From Chiloscyllium plagiosum (Eukaryota), in contig NC_057718.1 in assembly GCF_004010195.1 (NCBI RefSeq), positions 26,728,185 through 26,792,184 of the forward strand: a stretch of 64,000 nt of DNA, read 5' to 3'. The notes under the pieces were generated by a model that saw only the letters and a list, made by a program, of their open reading frames with translations, was not told where the DNA came from and did not search any database. Below, piece by piece: positions 11,396-23,670 of this stretch. The translations under genes and the position numbers were made by a program. Within the stretch, counting starts at the first letter, position 1; each line of letters opens with the position of its first letter.

Positions 11396-14139
11396 TAAGT
11401 TACTGGCAATTGATTGGCACCTTTAGAAATGTTGTAATGAAAGATGTCATTAGCTCTGCAATAGAATGAGAAGAAAGAGAAAATTTGGCAACAATGTAGT
11501 GTAAGAATTTAAATAGTCTACTGAAAGAAAATTGCTGTTTCATTTGACGCAATTGTTCTCAATTCAGTCATCTCACTGAAAGGGGCAATAAGTGAAGGAA
11601 GAATGGGATGTAGAGCCATTGTTCAGGAGTAATTGATCTTAACTGAGCTTTAAGTACATTATTCAGTTAGTTATTCTATGCAGTTATTCCAAAATCTATG
11701 TGCCACAAGAATTCATGCATTAACACTGTGTTCAAATGCCCTTAGTTCTACTACTTTTAATACAGCAATTGAGTTAGATTTGAGAGTATTGCAATCAGCT
11801 TTTCCCAACTGAGAATGGAAACTAAATTTCCTGAACCAATCAGGGACTTGCAACCAGATCCTAGGGATAAAAAAATTCTGTATTCTAACCCTCTGGCACT
11901 TGCTATTTTGACATCCCTTCAGTGAATTAGATTACAAACAGAAAATGAACAAAATCAAAAACACTGCAGTCAAACAACCACAGCTGCTTAATGCCATTAA
12001 AATCCTAAGAAACCTGACTGAATCACTTTATTTAACAGACCAACTCAATGTTTTAAAAATTCACATTTCTACATCATTAGTAACAATCATGGAAGCTAAT
12101 TTGTTACATAATTAATATTCTGTTCTTCTAAGGTATTATAAATATTTTTTGAAACACAGCTTCAATAGAATGTAAGTGTTCTATCTCTTGTGTGTTGTGT
12201 ACTGGTGCAGCATCCTCCTGATTTGTTATTTTGCAGTTCACAGCTGGCACAATAACAAAAGGTAACAGCAGAATTCTTATTAGTATTGAAGCCATTGAAC
12301 GAAGTCAATTAATGGAATAAGTTACACTGATTTTGCTCATGCTTTAATGGCAGATAACATCAGTGCATGGGGAGAGGAATCAAATAATGCATCCAGATAT
12401 CGGAAAACATGTGAGAATTTCAATTGTTATGTTTTATTAAAGTAGGCTTTACAGGCTGGCTAATCTATCTCATTGGCATTGGGAGATTCCCCTTCCTGCA
12501 CTTTACAACTTATAGCAGGAGTTCCTGATCATCACTTAAAGAATGAATGCATCTTTTAAAAGGAGATTGCAGTCAATCAATCTAATGTCAATACTGCTTT
12601 CAGTTTGATTTATTTCTGAGAACACAGAAAGAGGTATGGTTTCCCCTCAGGGTTTTGTACAGTTCTCTGGAGGTGCTGCTGGCAGCATACAGCCTACTGC
12701 GAGCTCTGCTGAAGCCACTGGGTCTCCCCTTTGTAAATGTAACAACATGAGTAAAACACTTTTTTTAAACCACACAATAGGTTGTAAAGAATGTACCTTT
12801 TTATTCTTCTGTTGTATTGATTCTGACTGAAAGGGGCATAGGACTATTTTAAATACCAAAAGTTATGGAAAAGCCAAGGATTGTGAAAAGTGTTTAATAC
12901 ACTTCTTAAAAGCAGGTTACTGATACTTATTGTAAGTGCAGTTTTCACTGCTGCCTGTTCAAGCAGTGGGGGTTCAACCAGCAAATGCATACAAAACAAC
13001 AAGATTTGGATGACCACAATTAGCTGACTGGTCTCTGAAGTGGTGACCAGTTGTCAATGACAAAGGCCTTTATCTACAACAACTAAGTGATTGGTTCCCA
13101 CATAGCTCGATAGCTTGTAGGTAACAGTGTTGTAGACTTGGTCATCAGACTGTCAGAAAGAAAGGTGCTGTCCTTTCCCCTGCAAACCTGGGAAAAAAAG
13201 TTTATTTCCCCTTTAGTATTTGCTGTAGGCTGTGCTTTTAACCAATAAATAAGAGACTTTATAAATGTGAACCAATTGCTCTGTGTCTCCTGTATAATGG
13301 TCAATGAACTGCCTTTGCATCTTTTCTTCTACCCATTTTTCTTTGTCTTTGTCTATCCATGTGTACATGTGGGTAGGGGAAGTTTTATAAGAGGTTTAAC
13401 ATTTTTGCTAATAGAGTTTCTGGCTCATAATCATTAATTTATCTATAGCTAGAATCGGTTTAGTTATAACAAATAGCAACTCTTGTCAAGTACAGTCTGT
13501 GCTTTGTCAACCTTGGTCAAAAAGACAGGTAAATTGGGGATTTTATATTCTATTGAAACTTTTTTAATTTTTGTGTTGACTCCAGGAGTTGATTTTCCAG
13601 TATGCTACCCCAGTGAGGTGGAATAAGGTTAATGTTTTGGAGGTAAATAATTTGACACAATAGTTGTTTTTCCATGCTTTTAAACCTTCATTATTTTTGA
13701 TACTTCTGTCTGCTTAGTGTTTGGAGAGTTGTAGAGTGGTTTATGAGATGCCTTGTCAGTAAGTTACTGTTGTGGAAGGTGGCTAAATGGAATCAAATGT
13801 TAGAGGATTCAGGTTTGAGTAGCAGCAACTGAAAATGATGGGACTATTAATATAAAGGGAATTAATTCACATTTCATTGATGGACCAGCCTCTTCCTCAA
13901 AGAACCCTTGCCCATCTGTCTCCTGCAGCTTAAATCTTCCTGAATGGATACACTGTGAATGAGGCATAGACATTATGCATGGAATCCTGACTGAAACATA
14001 TTGTGAGGAAGGTTCATAAAAAAAATAATGATTTTAGGGACTTGGGCTCAAAAGTGAAGAAAGAAAATGGTTTTAGGCTTCAGCTCTGCAGATCTGAAAT
14101 GCGATTTTTAAAAAAGGATACTTTGAACAGTCAGTTCTT

Positions 14140-14258
14140 TTTCATTTCATGGAAAGTGGGTGTTGGTGTCTAGGCCAGCATTTATTGCCATCCCCAATAC
14201 CCATTGCTGTGGGTCTGGAGTCACATGTAGGCCAGACCAGATAAGGGTGGCAAAATTG
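14140..14258 (-). mobile_element. tRNA-derived SINE (family 2), partial
   Basis: aggccagcatttattgcc...ccattgctgtgggtctggagtcacatgtaggccagaccag matches the copies at 40525-40892 and 47850-48200. Confidence 0.7.
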
Positions 14259-15120
14259 TTAAAGACATAAGATTAAGGAACACTATTAAGTAGTAAGTGA
14301 GCTAAGTTGACAGCTTATCTGAATGTCTCAGCAAGATATAATAACTAAAGAGAGAGCAGTGAGTGAATGGAGAAATTTTCCCAAGAAGCAGGTTAAAGCC
14401 TTCCAGTTAACAAGAAGCATTAACGTGGAGATAGAGAGATCCAAGCTGCAGTGAAAGTTCACCTAAGATTGTTCCTGGGGGAACAGAGTTGAATCCTTCC
14501 TTCTGATTTTGAGTTTGTTGCAAATAGTTCTGGTATCATGGAATATAGGGCTGAATTTTAGTTGAAATCCGATCAGTCTCAATTCTGGTGATTTTCTACA
14601 GAGGGATTTCTCACCCTATGGCCCTTGCGAATTTTCTTCACTGTTTACTACAGTACCTATGCACTATGCCTTTTTGGTGCCCTACCTGTTATCATCCATT
14701 GAGCAATAGCGCATGTGCTCCCCACAGCTGGTGCTTCCTGTGATTCTAGGTGTCATCACCATATTTAAAGCCCAGAACCTGCCCTCCACAATGCACATGA
14801 GGGGCACCAAAAGTAAATGTTTCAATGGGTAAATGGCTAGCACAGCTGATGTGCTACTGCAAATACAAGTGTGCATTCTTAAATGTCTTTCAATTCAAAA
14901 ACCAAGCTACACGGGCTACCTGCACTTAGTGTTATCCATCATAGGATCCCATCTATGGAAGTGCTACTCTTTCCTTAACACCTTTTTATTGTTCAATGTG
15001 CGAATGTCACCTATTGGAATGCATTCAAAAGATTGAAACCATTCACTTTTATTAAGCAACAAAAAAAAACAAAGAAGCCTGCATTTGCTTCTTGGAACAG
15101 GACCACTTATAGTTTCAGAC

Positions 15121-17253
15121 AACATAGAAACAGGCCCTTCAGCCTGCTATGTTTATGTCAGTCAATCAAACATCAAACTACACCAATCTCATTTACCTGC
15201 ACTTGATCCATAACCTATAATGCCCCAGCATTTTAAGTGTTCATCCAATGTTGCAAAAGTACTTGCCTCCACCATCCTCTCAGGCAGCATGTTTCATCCT
15301 ATGGGTGAAAAAGCTTTTACTCAGATCTCTTCTAAACCATTTCCTCCTCACTTTATACATATGCCCTCTAGTCTTACATACGTCTGCCACGGGGAAGAGA
15401 TTCTCATAGTCTACTCTGTCTATGCATCTTTTAGTTTTGTATATGTTAATCAGATTCTACTCCTCTGCTCCAAGGATAACAAACCCAGCCTCTCCTCATA
15501 ACTGAGACTTTTCATCCTGCACCCCTTTCATTGCAATTACCATCCTAATAGTGTGGCAACCAGAACTACATACAGTATTCCATCTGTGGCCTAACCAATG
15601 TTACATAATGTTGTGACAAGATGTCCTTGCTCCTAAACTCAATGCCTTGGCACTTAAGACAAGCATCCCGTATGACGTCTTCACCACTCGTGTCTACCTT
15701 TAGAGATCTATGGCTTTATACACCAAGGTCACTTTGTTGCTCAGGACCTACCATTCATTGTGTTTATCCTTTCCTTCATTGACCTGCCAAATGCATCATC
15801 CCGCACCATTGGGATTAAACTCATCTGCCATTGTTCTATACAATGTGCCATCTGATAAATATTAGATTGTAGCCTGAGATTATCCTTCTCATAACAACAT
15901 CACCAATGTTTATGTCATATGCAAACTTATTAATTATACTGTCAACATTCACATCCAAATTGTTAATGAACATAACAAATGCTGTAGTATATTGCTGGTC
16001 ACAAGCTTCCAATTATTAAAAAATCCTCTACCATCACCCAATTTGTAAGCCAATTTTGGATCTAGTTTGCAACTCATGTTCGATCCCATGAGCTCTTACC
16101 TTTTGGACCTGATTTCCATGAAGGACCTTCTCAAAAGTCTTACTGAAGTGCAAGTAAACCACATCAACTGCACTAACCTCATCAACATAGTTAGTCACCT
16201 TTTCAAAAACCTCAATTAAATAAGTCAGACAGGATCACCGTCTAACAAATCAGTTCTGACTATCCTTAATCAATCCCTGCCTTTCTAATTATTGATTAAT
16301 CCTGTCCTTCATAATTTTATTTTCAATAATTTTCCTACCACTGATGTCAAACTAACTGTAATTACCTGGCTTATCCCTGCTGCACTTCTAGAACAAATGA
16401 ACCACATTAGTTATCGTCTAGTCATTTGGCACTTCACCTGTGCCCAGTGAAGTATTAACTATATCTGCCAGGAATCCAGCTATCTCCTTTGTTAGCATCC
16501 TTGGGTACATCTTAACAAGCCCTGGGGATTTATGCACTACACCCACTGAAACATCTAATATCTCCTCCTTATTAATCTTAATGTGTGCTAGAACCTCACC
16601 ATCCCAACTGAAATCCCTAGCTACAATGTCTTTCTCCTTTTTGAATACAGAAGTGAAGTATTCAATTTGGACCGCACCCTCGTCCATTGGTTCCATGCAT
16701 AGGTTGCCCCTTTGGTCTCTACTCCTTACTCTTAACATACTTATAAAAAGCCTTGGAGCTTTCCTTGATTCCATCCACCGAAAGTATTTTGTGGCACCTC
16801 TTTGCCTTCCTCATTTCCTTTTGAAGCAGCCTTCCACACGCACTATACCTTTGAAGAGCTTCCCCTGTTTTGATGTACAAGGGATATGCATTCTTCTTCT
16901 TTCTCAAACTCTTGATCTCCCTTGACATCCAGGGTTCCCTCAACTTATAGCCCTTGCCATTAAGAGAACAGGCTGGCTTTGAATTTTCACTATATCATTT
17001 TTAAAAGACATCCACTTTCTAAATATAGACTCATCTGCAAGTAGCTGCCCCCTGTCTATGTTTTCCAGATTCTGTCTAATGATATTGAAATTGACCTTCC
17101 CCTAATTTAGATACATATCTTCTATACTATCCTTATCCCTTTCCATAATGTCTTTGAAACTTATAGAGTTATGGTCACTATCAATCAGTTTCATTCCCTA
17201 GGATTAGCTCTAGCACTACCCCATTTCTAGCAGGACTATCTGCACACTGGTAT
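15121..17253 (-). mobile_element. Degenerate CR1 LINE (part of EN linker, RT and 3' end)
   Basis: ORFs 16719-16943 (REPWMSREIKSLRKKK...IKESSKAFYKYVKSK) and 16418-16774 (KSPG...MYPRML.KEIAGFLADI...TGEVPND). 3' tail at 15121-15150. Confidence 0.9.
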
Positions 17254-17339
17254 CGTCATTGAAGGAAAAACTCACAATCAACAAGTGGGTGCGTGCAGAC
17301 CACATCAATTCAAACTGGGTGTCAGTTGAGCCCGATCTC

Positions 17340-18260
17340 ACTTGTTGTGCCTGATTCTGCAGGGATTTGTCATGTAGAAGATGATGTTTGTCCTGTCCTC
17401 AACTTCCTCCTCAGATGAGTGCTGCTTTTCTCCCAGCTCTTCAGAGTCTATCACATTCTCTTTTTACATGCTACAGTTGTGCAAAGCTTGGCATGTTGAG
17501 ACTATGCAACACATTCTGTCTGGAGTGTATTACAAGGCCCCAGTCCAATCCAAGCACGAGAGCTTCATCTCCAGCAGCTTATTGTCTGTTTCATTATGGC
17601 CGTTGTTGAAGAACGAGCATCGAGCCTGGCCTCAATCAGCGAGTTATGCAACAGAGTTTTCAGACATCGTTGATGAGGGTAGCCTCCATTACCAGAAAGC
17701 ATCTTTATAAGACACCTGGTGCTTGAAACAAAGCATAAACATGGGAGTTCTCAAGGATTTAGGCATCAAGGCAGCTCCCAGGATACCTGACACAGACCTT
17801 TAAGATCTGGTACCAATGATCATGGATAACTTATACACTGATGAAATGGAATCTTTTTCTGCTCACAATGTAGTTGTGTTATGATATAGTGCTCTCCATT
17901 TTTATAGTCTATAGCACCCTGTATTTGGGGAAGCCAGCTATGTGGACAAAACCTACTGCCTGGCCTTTGGCACTGACCTTTCCAAGGGGAAATTAGATCA
18001 AGTGGTTTGAAATGGCACAAATTACATAGGCCACGGCTTTGACATATTAATAGTTCGAGAAATGTGCGAACCCAAACAGGTCCTCAATGGGTCCTTGGAA
18101 GCAAACAGTAGCTTTAAAGTTTAATGCAACTGTCAACTTGATGCCACTGGAATATGATGGCCATCCACCTTGTCAGGTCACAGGGTCAAGCAGCTGGCAG
18201 TGACAATGCAATTTGTTTTTCTGGAGGAACATCAAGGACAATAAACTCTGGGCCTCCTTC
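17340..18260 (-). mobile_element. PIF/Harbinger (HARBI1-like DDE) transposase relic
   Basis: Minus translation across stops and frameshifts: LTVALNFKATVCFQG, IAGFPQIQGAID, DHWYQILKVCVRYPGSCLDA*ILENS, LSCLDWTGAL*YTPDRMCCIVSTCQALHN, then an acidic tail. Confidence 0.8.
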
Positions 18261-18584
18261 TCTGGACCCAAATAGTAAGCAAGTTATTTTTCTACTTCAT
18301 ATATGTACAAAGTTGCACATCCTGGTTTTAAACACTTTTCAACTTTGTGAATGACCTTTTTAGGTCTGCTCATTGTTCCAGCTCTGAATGTGAAAGCCTG
18401 GTAGTTACCCTCCCTCATAGTTCACTGTTAGCTAACCAGAGAGTAAGTATTTCAAATTCAGAATTGCACAGACCTCGTCTTCCTCATTCTCAGTATCCCT
18501 TTCATCCTCTACTGTCATCACTATCTGACAAACTTGTATTTGCTTATACTCCCAGCAACTGTATTGCTTCAACAAATTGATATG

Positions 18585-18742
18585 ACACAGTCTATCATGG
18601 GGTGTCAAAAAATAAAATGACATTGGATTTGAAACATTAATTCTGCTTTCTTCACACAAACGCCGCCAGGCGTGCTGAGTTTCTCCAGCAATTTTGATAT
18701 TCATTCAGGTCTTCAGCACCCACAGTTCTTTGCTTTATTTTA
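18585..18742 (+). mobile_element. Penelope-derived short element (family B), one arm
   Basis: ggatttgaaacattaattctgctttcttcacacaaacgccgccaggcgtgctgagtttctccagca matches the family B arm. A similar arm lies at 19075-19185. Confidence 0.6.
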
Positions 18743-19261
18743 GTGTCAAAAAATTAATATACTCTATTAGTACTTTTGAATACTGTCTATGGATCACTGA
18801 ACTGTGCTTGTATCAATTTACCTTGTAAAGGCAGTAATATTAATATCTCATCCTCAGTTGAAATGTTCAAAGCAGTCTTATCAGCAGATTTCTTCATGGT
18901 TGCTTTAAAGCATTCTTGAGCTATTTTAAAAACCCCTCTGAGTCGCTCCCAGAACACAGATACAATTGTTCAATTAGGAAGCTTCATAATTCTACCATAA
19001 AAACCTTTTCTTATGTAATTTCAAAGGACCTGTTATCTCATGTCCATAAACTGATTCAATAGGAGTAGGTATGAACATGAAATGTTAACTCTGATTTCTC
19101 TCCAGAGATGCTACCAGACCAGCTGAGTTTTTCCAGCAGTTTCTGCTTTCATTTCTGATTTCCAGCATCCATGGTTCTTTTTGTTTTTTTTTGCCAGTTA
19201 TTTCTAAAAGTTGGAGCATATTTTATTTTTACTTATGCTTTTATTTGTGAATCCAAATAAT

Positions 19262-19337
19262 GGGTTGGGATATCTGGTCGGCATGGACGAGTTGGACCGA
19301 AGGGTCTGTTTCCATGCTGTACATCTCTGACTCTCTA
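19262..19337 (+). mobile_element. Short CR1/HER1 3' tail
   Basis: tgggatatctggtcggcatggacgagttggaccgaagggtctgtttccatgctgtacatctctgactct. Confidence 0.8.
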
Positions 19338-19616
19338 ACTCCAAGGCTCCTTCAAAAGCACCTTCCAAACCTACAACCTCTACCACCTAGAAGGACAAGA
19401 GCTGCAGATGCATAGCAAAATCATTATCTGCATGTTCGCTTCTAAGTTGCACACCATCTTGATTTGAAACTATACCACTGTTCTACCAGTAATATGAGTT
19501 TTCCTACATCCCAAGGACTGTAGCAGTTAAAGAAGGCACCTTCCCAAGAGCAATTAGTGATAGACAATAAATGCTGGCCTAGACAGTGACATCCACATCT
19601 CTGGGACAAACAAAAA
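19338..19616 (+). mobile_element. 3' end of the tRNA-headed LINE family
   Basis: ccaaggctccttcaaaagcaccttccaaac...ctaccacctagaaggacaag...caattagtgatagacaataaatgctggcctagacagtgacatccacatc. The last ~60 nt correspond to the SINE family 2 tail. Confidence 0.7.
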
Positions 19617-20737
19617 TTATTAATTCTTATCCTTATCAACTAGACCTGGCGTGTAAGGAATTATAAATGTGGAGACACAGCTGTCACATTTCAAAATTTT
19701 GCAATAATTGTATACTGTCTTCCAATATTCCTCACCCAAAATATTACTTCACACTTACTTCTTTTTGTACTGAACTCCATCTGCCATGCTTGTGTCCATT
19801 TCATCTGACCATGTAATCTTGAAGTTCACAGCTAATACCACTGTCTACTCTAAGTTATAATATTATCTGCAAATTTCACAATGTTGTTCCCTCCACTTGA
19901 GTTGGATCATTTACGAAAACTGATCAGAGTAATAGAAATAAAATTGGTCTTTTTAACGAGCGAATTCTGGCAATATTCTCCGAATGACCTGGCTGAATGA
20001 GTCTTCAGTTTTAGTCGGTTAGAAAATATTTCATCATAAAATCCCGGGATCCCAATTAAGATCGAATTCATGTGTTTATGCCTGGTTGTAGAGGGAGCTG
20101 GAAGAAAATTTGACACTTGGTAAAGATCAATGATGACAGGCAAGAACAAAATGGCTTTGGACCAGAAAGTCCAGTAAATCATTTTAAGCACTCTTGAAAG
20201 TTTTATAATCTAGTAAAGGATTGAAATCAGGCCCCAAAATCAACTAAGCTGACTGCAAACTTAGAAAATGCACAAAAGTTACAACATTTTAAACAACTAT
20301 TTCCACTAGTTAAGGGAGAAAAACACAGGAGAAACAAGAAGAAGTCCTTTCGCTCTTGTTACAAATTTCTGGTGTTAACGGAATAGTATTTCAAGTTCAG
20401 CATTATTGGCCTCTCATGCAAACGAAGTTCATGTCTTAATTACAACCACAATAATAACAGGAATTGTTTTTGTTCAAACAATGATCTAATACCACCTACT
20501 CAAGGCACCCAGGGGTGGGTAATAAATGCAGACTTGTCTTCGCACCAGAAACAAATTGGAAAAAAAAGTGATTATATTGAATTTTATTTGATTTCATGTC
20601 ACTTTGTGTAACAGAATATAATATGTGCTGCATTATTCCGTCAGTAGGCTAAATATACAAGCTATATCAGAAATTTATCCAAAACTAGTCAGCACCAAGC
20701 TTAAACACGTAGCCCTAACTGCCCTGCATCTGATTTT

Positions 20738-21576
20738 CTTTTGCCAGGTTTCTCCCAAGTGTATTCATGTATCATTTTTGAGCTGAGAATTTTCAGACTT
20801 TCTGCCAATTTGTAACTTTAAGAAATTGGCTTATGAAGATATAAATAAAACCACCCCAACCTACAGGAAATAAATGGCCTGTTCAGCAGGATTCATACCA
20901 ATGATGGTTTTGATACTGCCATTTTTGCGAACTAATGTGGAAAATGTGCAAAACCATGTGTGTACCCAGTTTCTTTAATTCTAATCTTTATGCTTTGAGC
21001 TTAACCTGCATTCTATATGTTGTGGATTTAAACCCTGCTGAGATTAATTTATTTTAACTAATTTGGCCTTATATGATTTTTTTTGGACAAACAGTAACAT
21101 TGCAACTATGCAGTTTTTTTTTATTACCCTTAAAACAATCTGATGTAGCTTCAAAGACCCATGAGGAGACAGTCATCATACCAGAAAAGGGGAGACAAGG
21201 AAGACTGATCAAAAAGATTGTTCAAAGAGGTATCATAGCTAGAATAGGGTTGACAGGTGACAGGATTGTTGCCTATGACAAGATTAAACAGTGTTTCAGA
21301 TGAGATGAAGTTTATGAAGGGGGGAGGGTAGCAAGTGAATAAAGTGTCTCACACTGCATCCTCCAGAAACCTTATTTTGCCAGATTTCTCCCAAGTGTAT
21401 TTTTGAGCTGAGAAATTTCAGCCTTTCTCCCAATTTGTAACTTTCAGAAATTGGTTCATGAAGATGTAAATAAAACCTCCCTGACCTACAGGAAGTAAAT
21501 GGCCTGTTCAGCAGGATTCATATCAATGATGGTTTTAATGACCTACATTCTTGCATAGTAATGTGGAAAATGTGCA
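20738..21576 (+). repeat. Dispersed direct repeat of ~200-210 bp (20738-20950 and 21375-21576)
   Basis: Shared blocks such as tttctcccaagtgtatt, aaatggcctgttcagcaggattcata and taatgtggaaaatgtgca. Confidence 0.92.
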
Positions 21577-21719
21577 GAAGTTTCTGAAAACGGGAGGGTA
21601 ACAAGCGAATAAAGAATACCAGTCTCTCACACTGCATCCTCCACAAACTTGAGCTCATCCAAACAACAATTGTTTGTATCCTAACTTGCATCAACTTGCA
21701 TCCTAACTGCTTCATCATG

Positions 21720-21860
21720 GATGATTTTCAAGGTTGAGTGTTGTTGGAACTGCATCCATCCAGGCAAGTGTGGATCATTCTATTAGATTCCTGACCTTGT
21801 ACACGATGGAAAAGGCTTTGCTCAATCAGGAGGTGAGTTAATCACTCTGACCTGCTCTTA
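21720..21860 (-). mobile_element. Internal fragment of the tRNA-headed LINE family (RT C-terminal part)
   Basis: Reverse complement matches 56485-56640 (aactcacctc...gtacaagg.caagtcaggagt...gaat...gctccaacaacactcaa). Confidence 0.6.
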
Positions 21861-21867
21861 CAGTCAC

Positions 21868-22195
21868 TCGAGATTACAGTGGTGCTGGAAAAGCACAGGA
21901 GGTCAGGCAGGCACCATCCAAGAAGCAGGAGAATCAATGTTTTGGGCAAAAGTCCTTCATCAGGAATGAGGTCAGGGAGCCTCCAGGGTGGAGAGATAAA
22001 TGGGAGGGGGTGGGGCATGGTAGAAGGTAGCCAAGAGTACAATAGGTGGATGGAGGTGGGGATAAAGGTGATAGGTCAGAGGGGAGGGTGGAGAAGGTAA
22101 GTGGGAAGGAAGATTGGAAGGTAGGACAGGTAATGAGGTGCTGAGCTGGAAGGTTGGAACTGGGGTAAGGTGAGGAGAGGGGAAATGAGGGAACC
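21868..22195 (-). mobile_element. Penelope-like element terminus (family A) with CpG-decayed hammerhead motif
   Basis: Minus strand cattcctgatgaaggacttttgcccaaaacattgattctcc...tgcctgacctcctgtgcttttccagcacc, preceded by a pyrimidine-rich 3' region. Confidence 0.75.
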
Positions 22196-22264
22196 ATGAA
22201 ATGTCTTTGGCAAACAGGACTAAGGAAAATCCCAAAGTGTGTCTTATATAGCTATAGATAGGAG

Positions 22265-22875
22265 TGTGATGACACTTTGTGCTATTTTCTATTAAAAAAA
22301 AGTTGAGATAGAGGTGCAGAGGAGTTTGCTCCAAAGCCAATGAAGTAAACAACTTGTCAAGTCTTGCATATTTTGTAAAAAGCTGGAACAATAGAAGCAG
22401 CCTGAATGGGTGACGTCAAGCTCCCATAGAACTAAGATTTATAGTTTTAGCTTTCTGCAAATGCTAGAGTCTTGAAGCTGCATGTAGAAGCTCTTATTCC
22501 CCTCTCTATTACAGCTAAAAGCTAGGGTTGTCTTCCTTCTGCTAAATTGCATGTGAGACTATCTATTTTACTGAATTTTGGCAAGGGTGTGTTTATGGGA
22601 TGCTACTATCTTGGAAAAGTTATTAGTAGTTAATCTACATATTATTTTGTCAAGTATTTTGATACAAATACAGTTTAGCCAATTCTTTTATTTTAGTTTT
22701 GTCTGTATTTTAATAATAGTATATGAATAAAGTGTGTTTATTTCAGGTCTGGTAGTATGATCAATCAAATTGCATCCAAAACACAACACTTTATGCTTAC
22801 CATTAAAGTAGGAAAAAGTTAGGTTTAAACTATCTTCTTCAAATATTTTAAGGAGGTTTGTGCTTGTCCATAATA
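22265..22875 (+). mobile_element. Solo LTR (611 bp) with 4-bp TSD GGAG, inserted in CR1
   Basis: ggag|TGTGATGAC...TCCATAATA|ggag, with AATAAA near 22726. Removing it restores the CR1 sequence ...ataggagcaagaaggtaact. Confidence 0.8.
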
Positions 22876-23489
22876 GGAGCAAGAAGGTAACTAGACAAAG
22901 GGTAGATCCATTCAAGGACAAAGGAGAGAATTTATGTGTGGAGCTGGAGGAAATGGATGAAGTCCTTAATGAATATTTTGTGGCGGTATTCACGAACAAA
23001 ATGAACATGGAGGATGGTGAGTCTCGGCAGGGGTATGTTGATGTTCTTGAGCATGTCATTATAAAAAGTGAGGTCTTGGGTGTTTTAAAAAGCATTAAGG
23101 TCAACAAGTCTCAGAACTTAATGGGATCTATCCCAGAATGCTAAGAGAAGTAGGTGAAATTCCTGGGGCCTTTTACGAAATCTTTGTATCCTCGTCAGCC
23201 ACAGGAGAGGTCCCAGAGAACTGAAGAATAGCCAAAGTTGTTCCTTTGCTTAGGAAGGGAAACACAGATAATTCAGGAAATTACAGGCCAGCCACCCTTA
23301 TGTCAGTGATAGGGAAATTATTTGAGAACATTCTTACAGGTAGAATTTACTCATATTTGGAAAAATATGAACTTATTAGCGATAGGCAGCATGATTTTGT
23401 GTGGGCAAGATAATGTCTCACAAATTTGATTTTTTTTTAGGAAGTGGCAAAGATGATTGATGGGGTAGGGCGATAAATGTTTTTTTTGT

Positions 23490-23670
23490 TACCTACAGTG
23501 TGGAAATAGGCCAGTCGGCCTAACGTCCACATCAACCCTCCAACAAGCAACCCACCCAGACTCATCTCACTCTGACTAATGTACCTAACACTATGGGCAA
23601 TTTAGAATGGCCAATCCACCTGACATGCACATCTTTGGATTGTGGGAGCAAACGTATGCAGACACAGGAA
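23490..23670 (-). mobile_element. HE1 SINE, 5'-truncated, nested in CR1 RT
   Basis: cctacagtgtggaaataggcc...ctatgggcaatttagaatggccaatccacctgacatgcacatctttggattgtgggag. Confidence 0.85.

Noticed and set aside
12625..12750. GC-richer stretch with overlapping short ORFs as a hidden exon or conserved element
   Set aside because: No recognisable protein similarity or convincing splice pair. It needs cross-species alignment.
12930..13626. Additional solo LTR
   Set aside because: Composition is LTR-like, but I could not define TG...CA termini or a TSD.
20738..21648. CRISPR-like array or paired LTRs
   Set aside because: Only two long diverged copies, no spacers, no TG...CA termini, and the context is eukaryotic.
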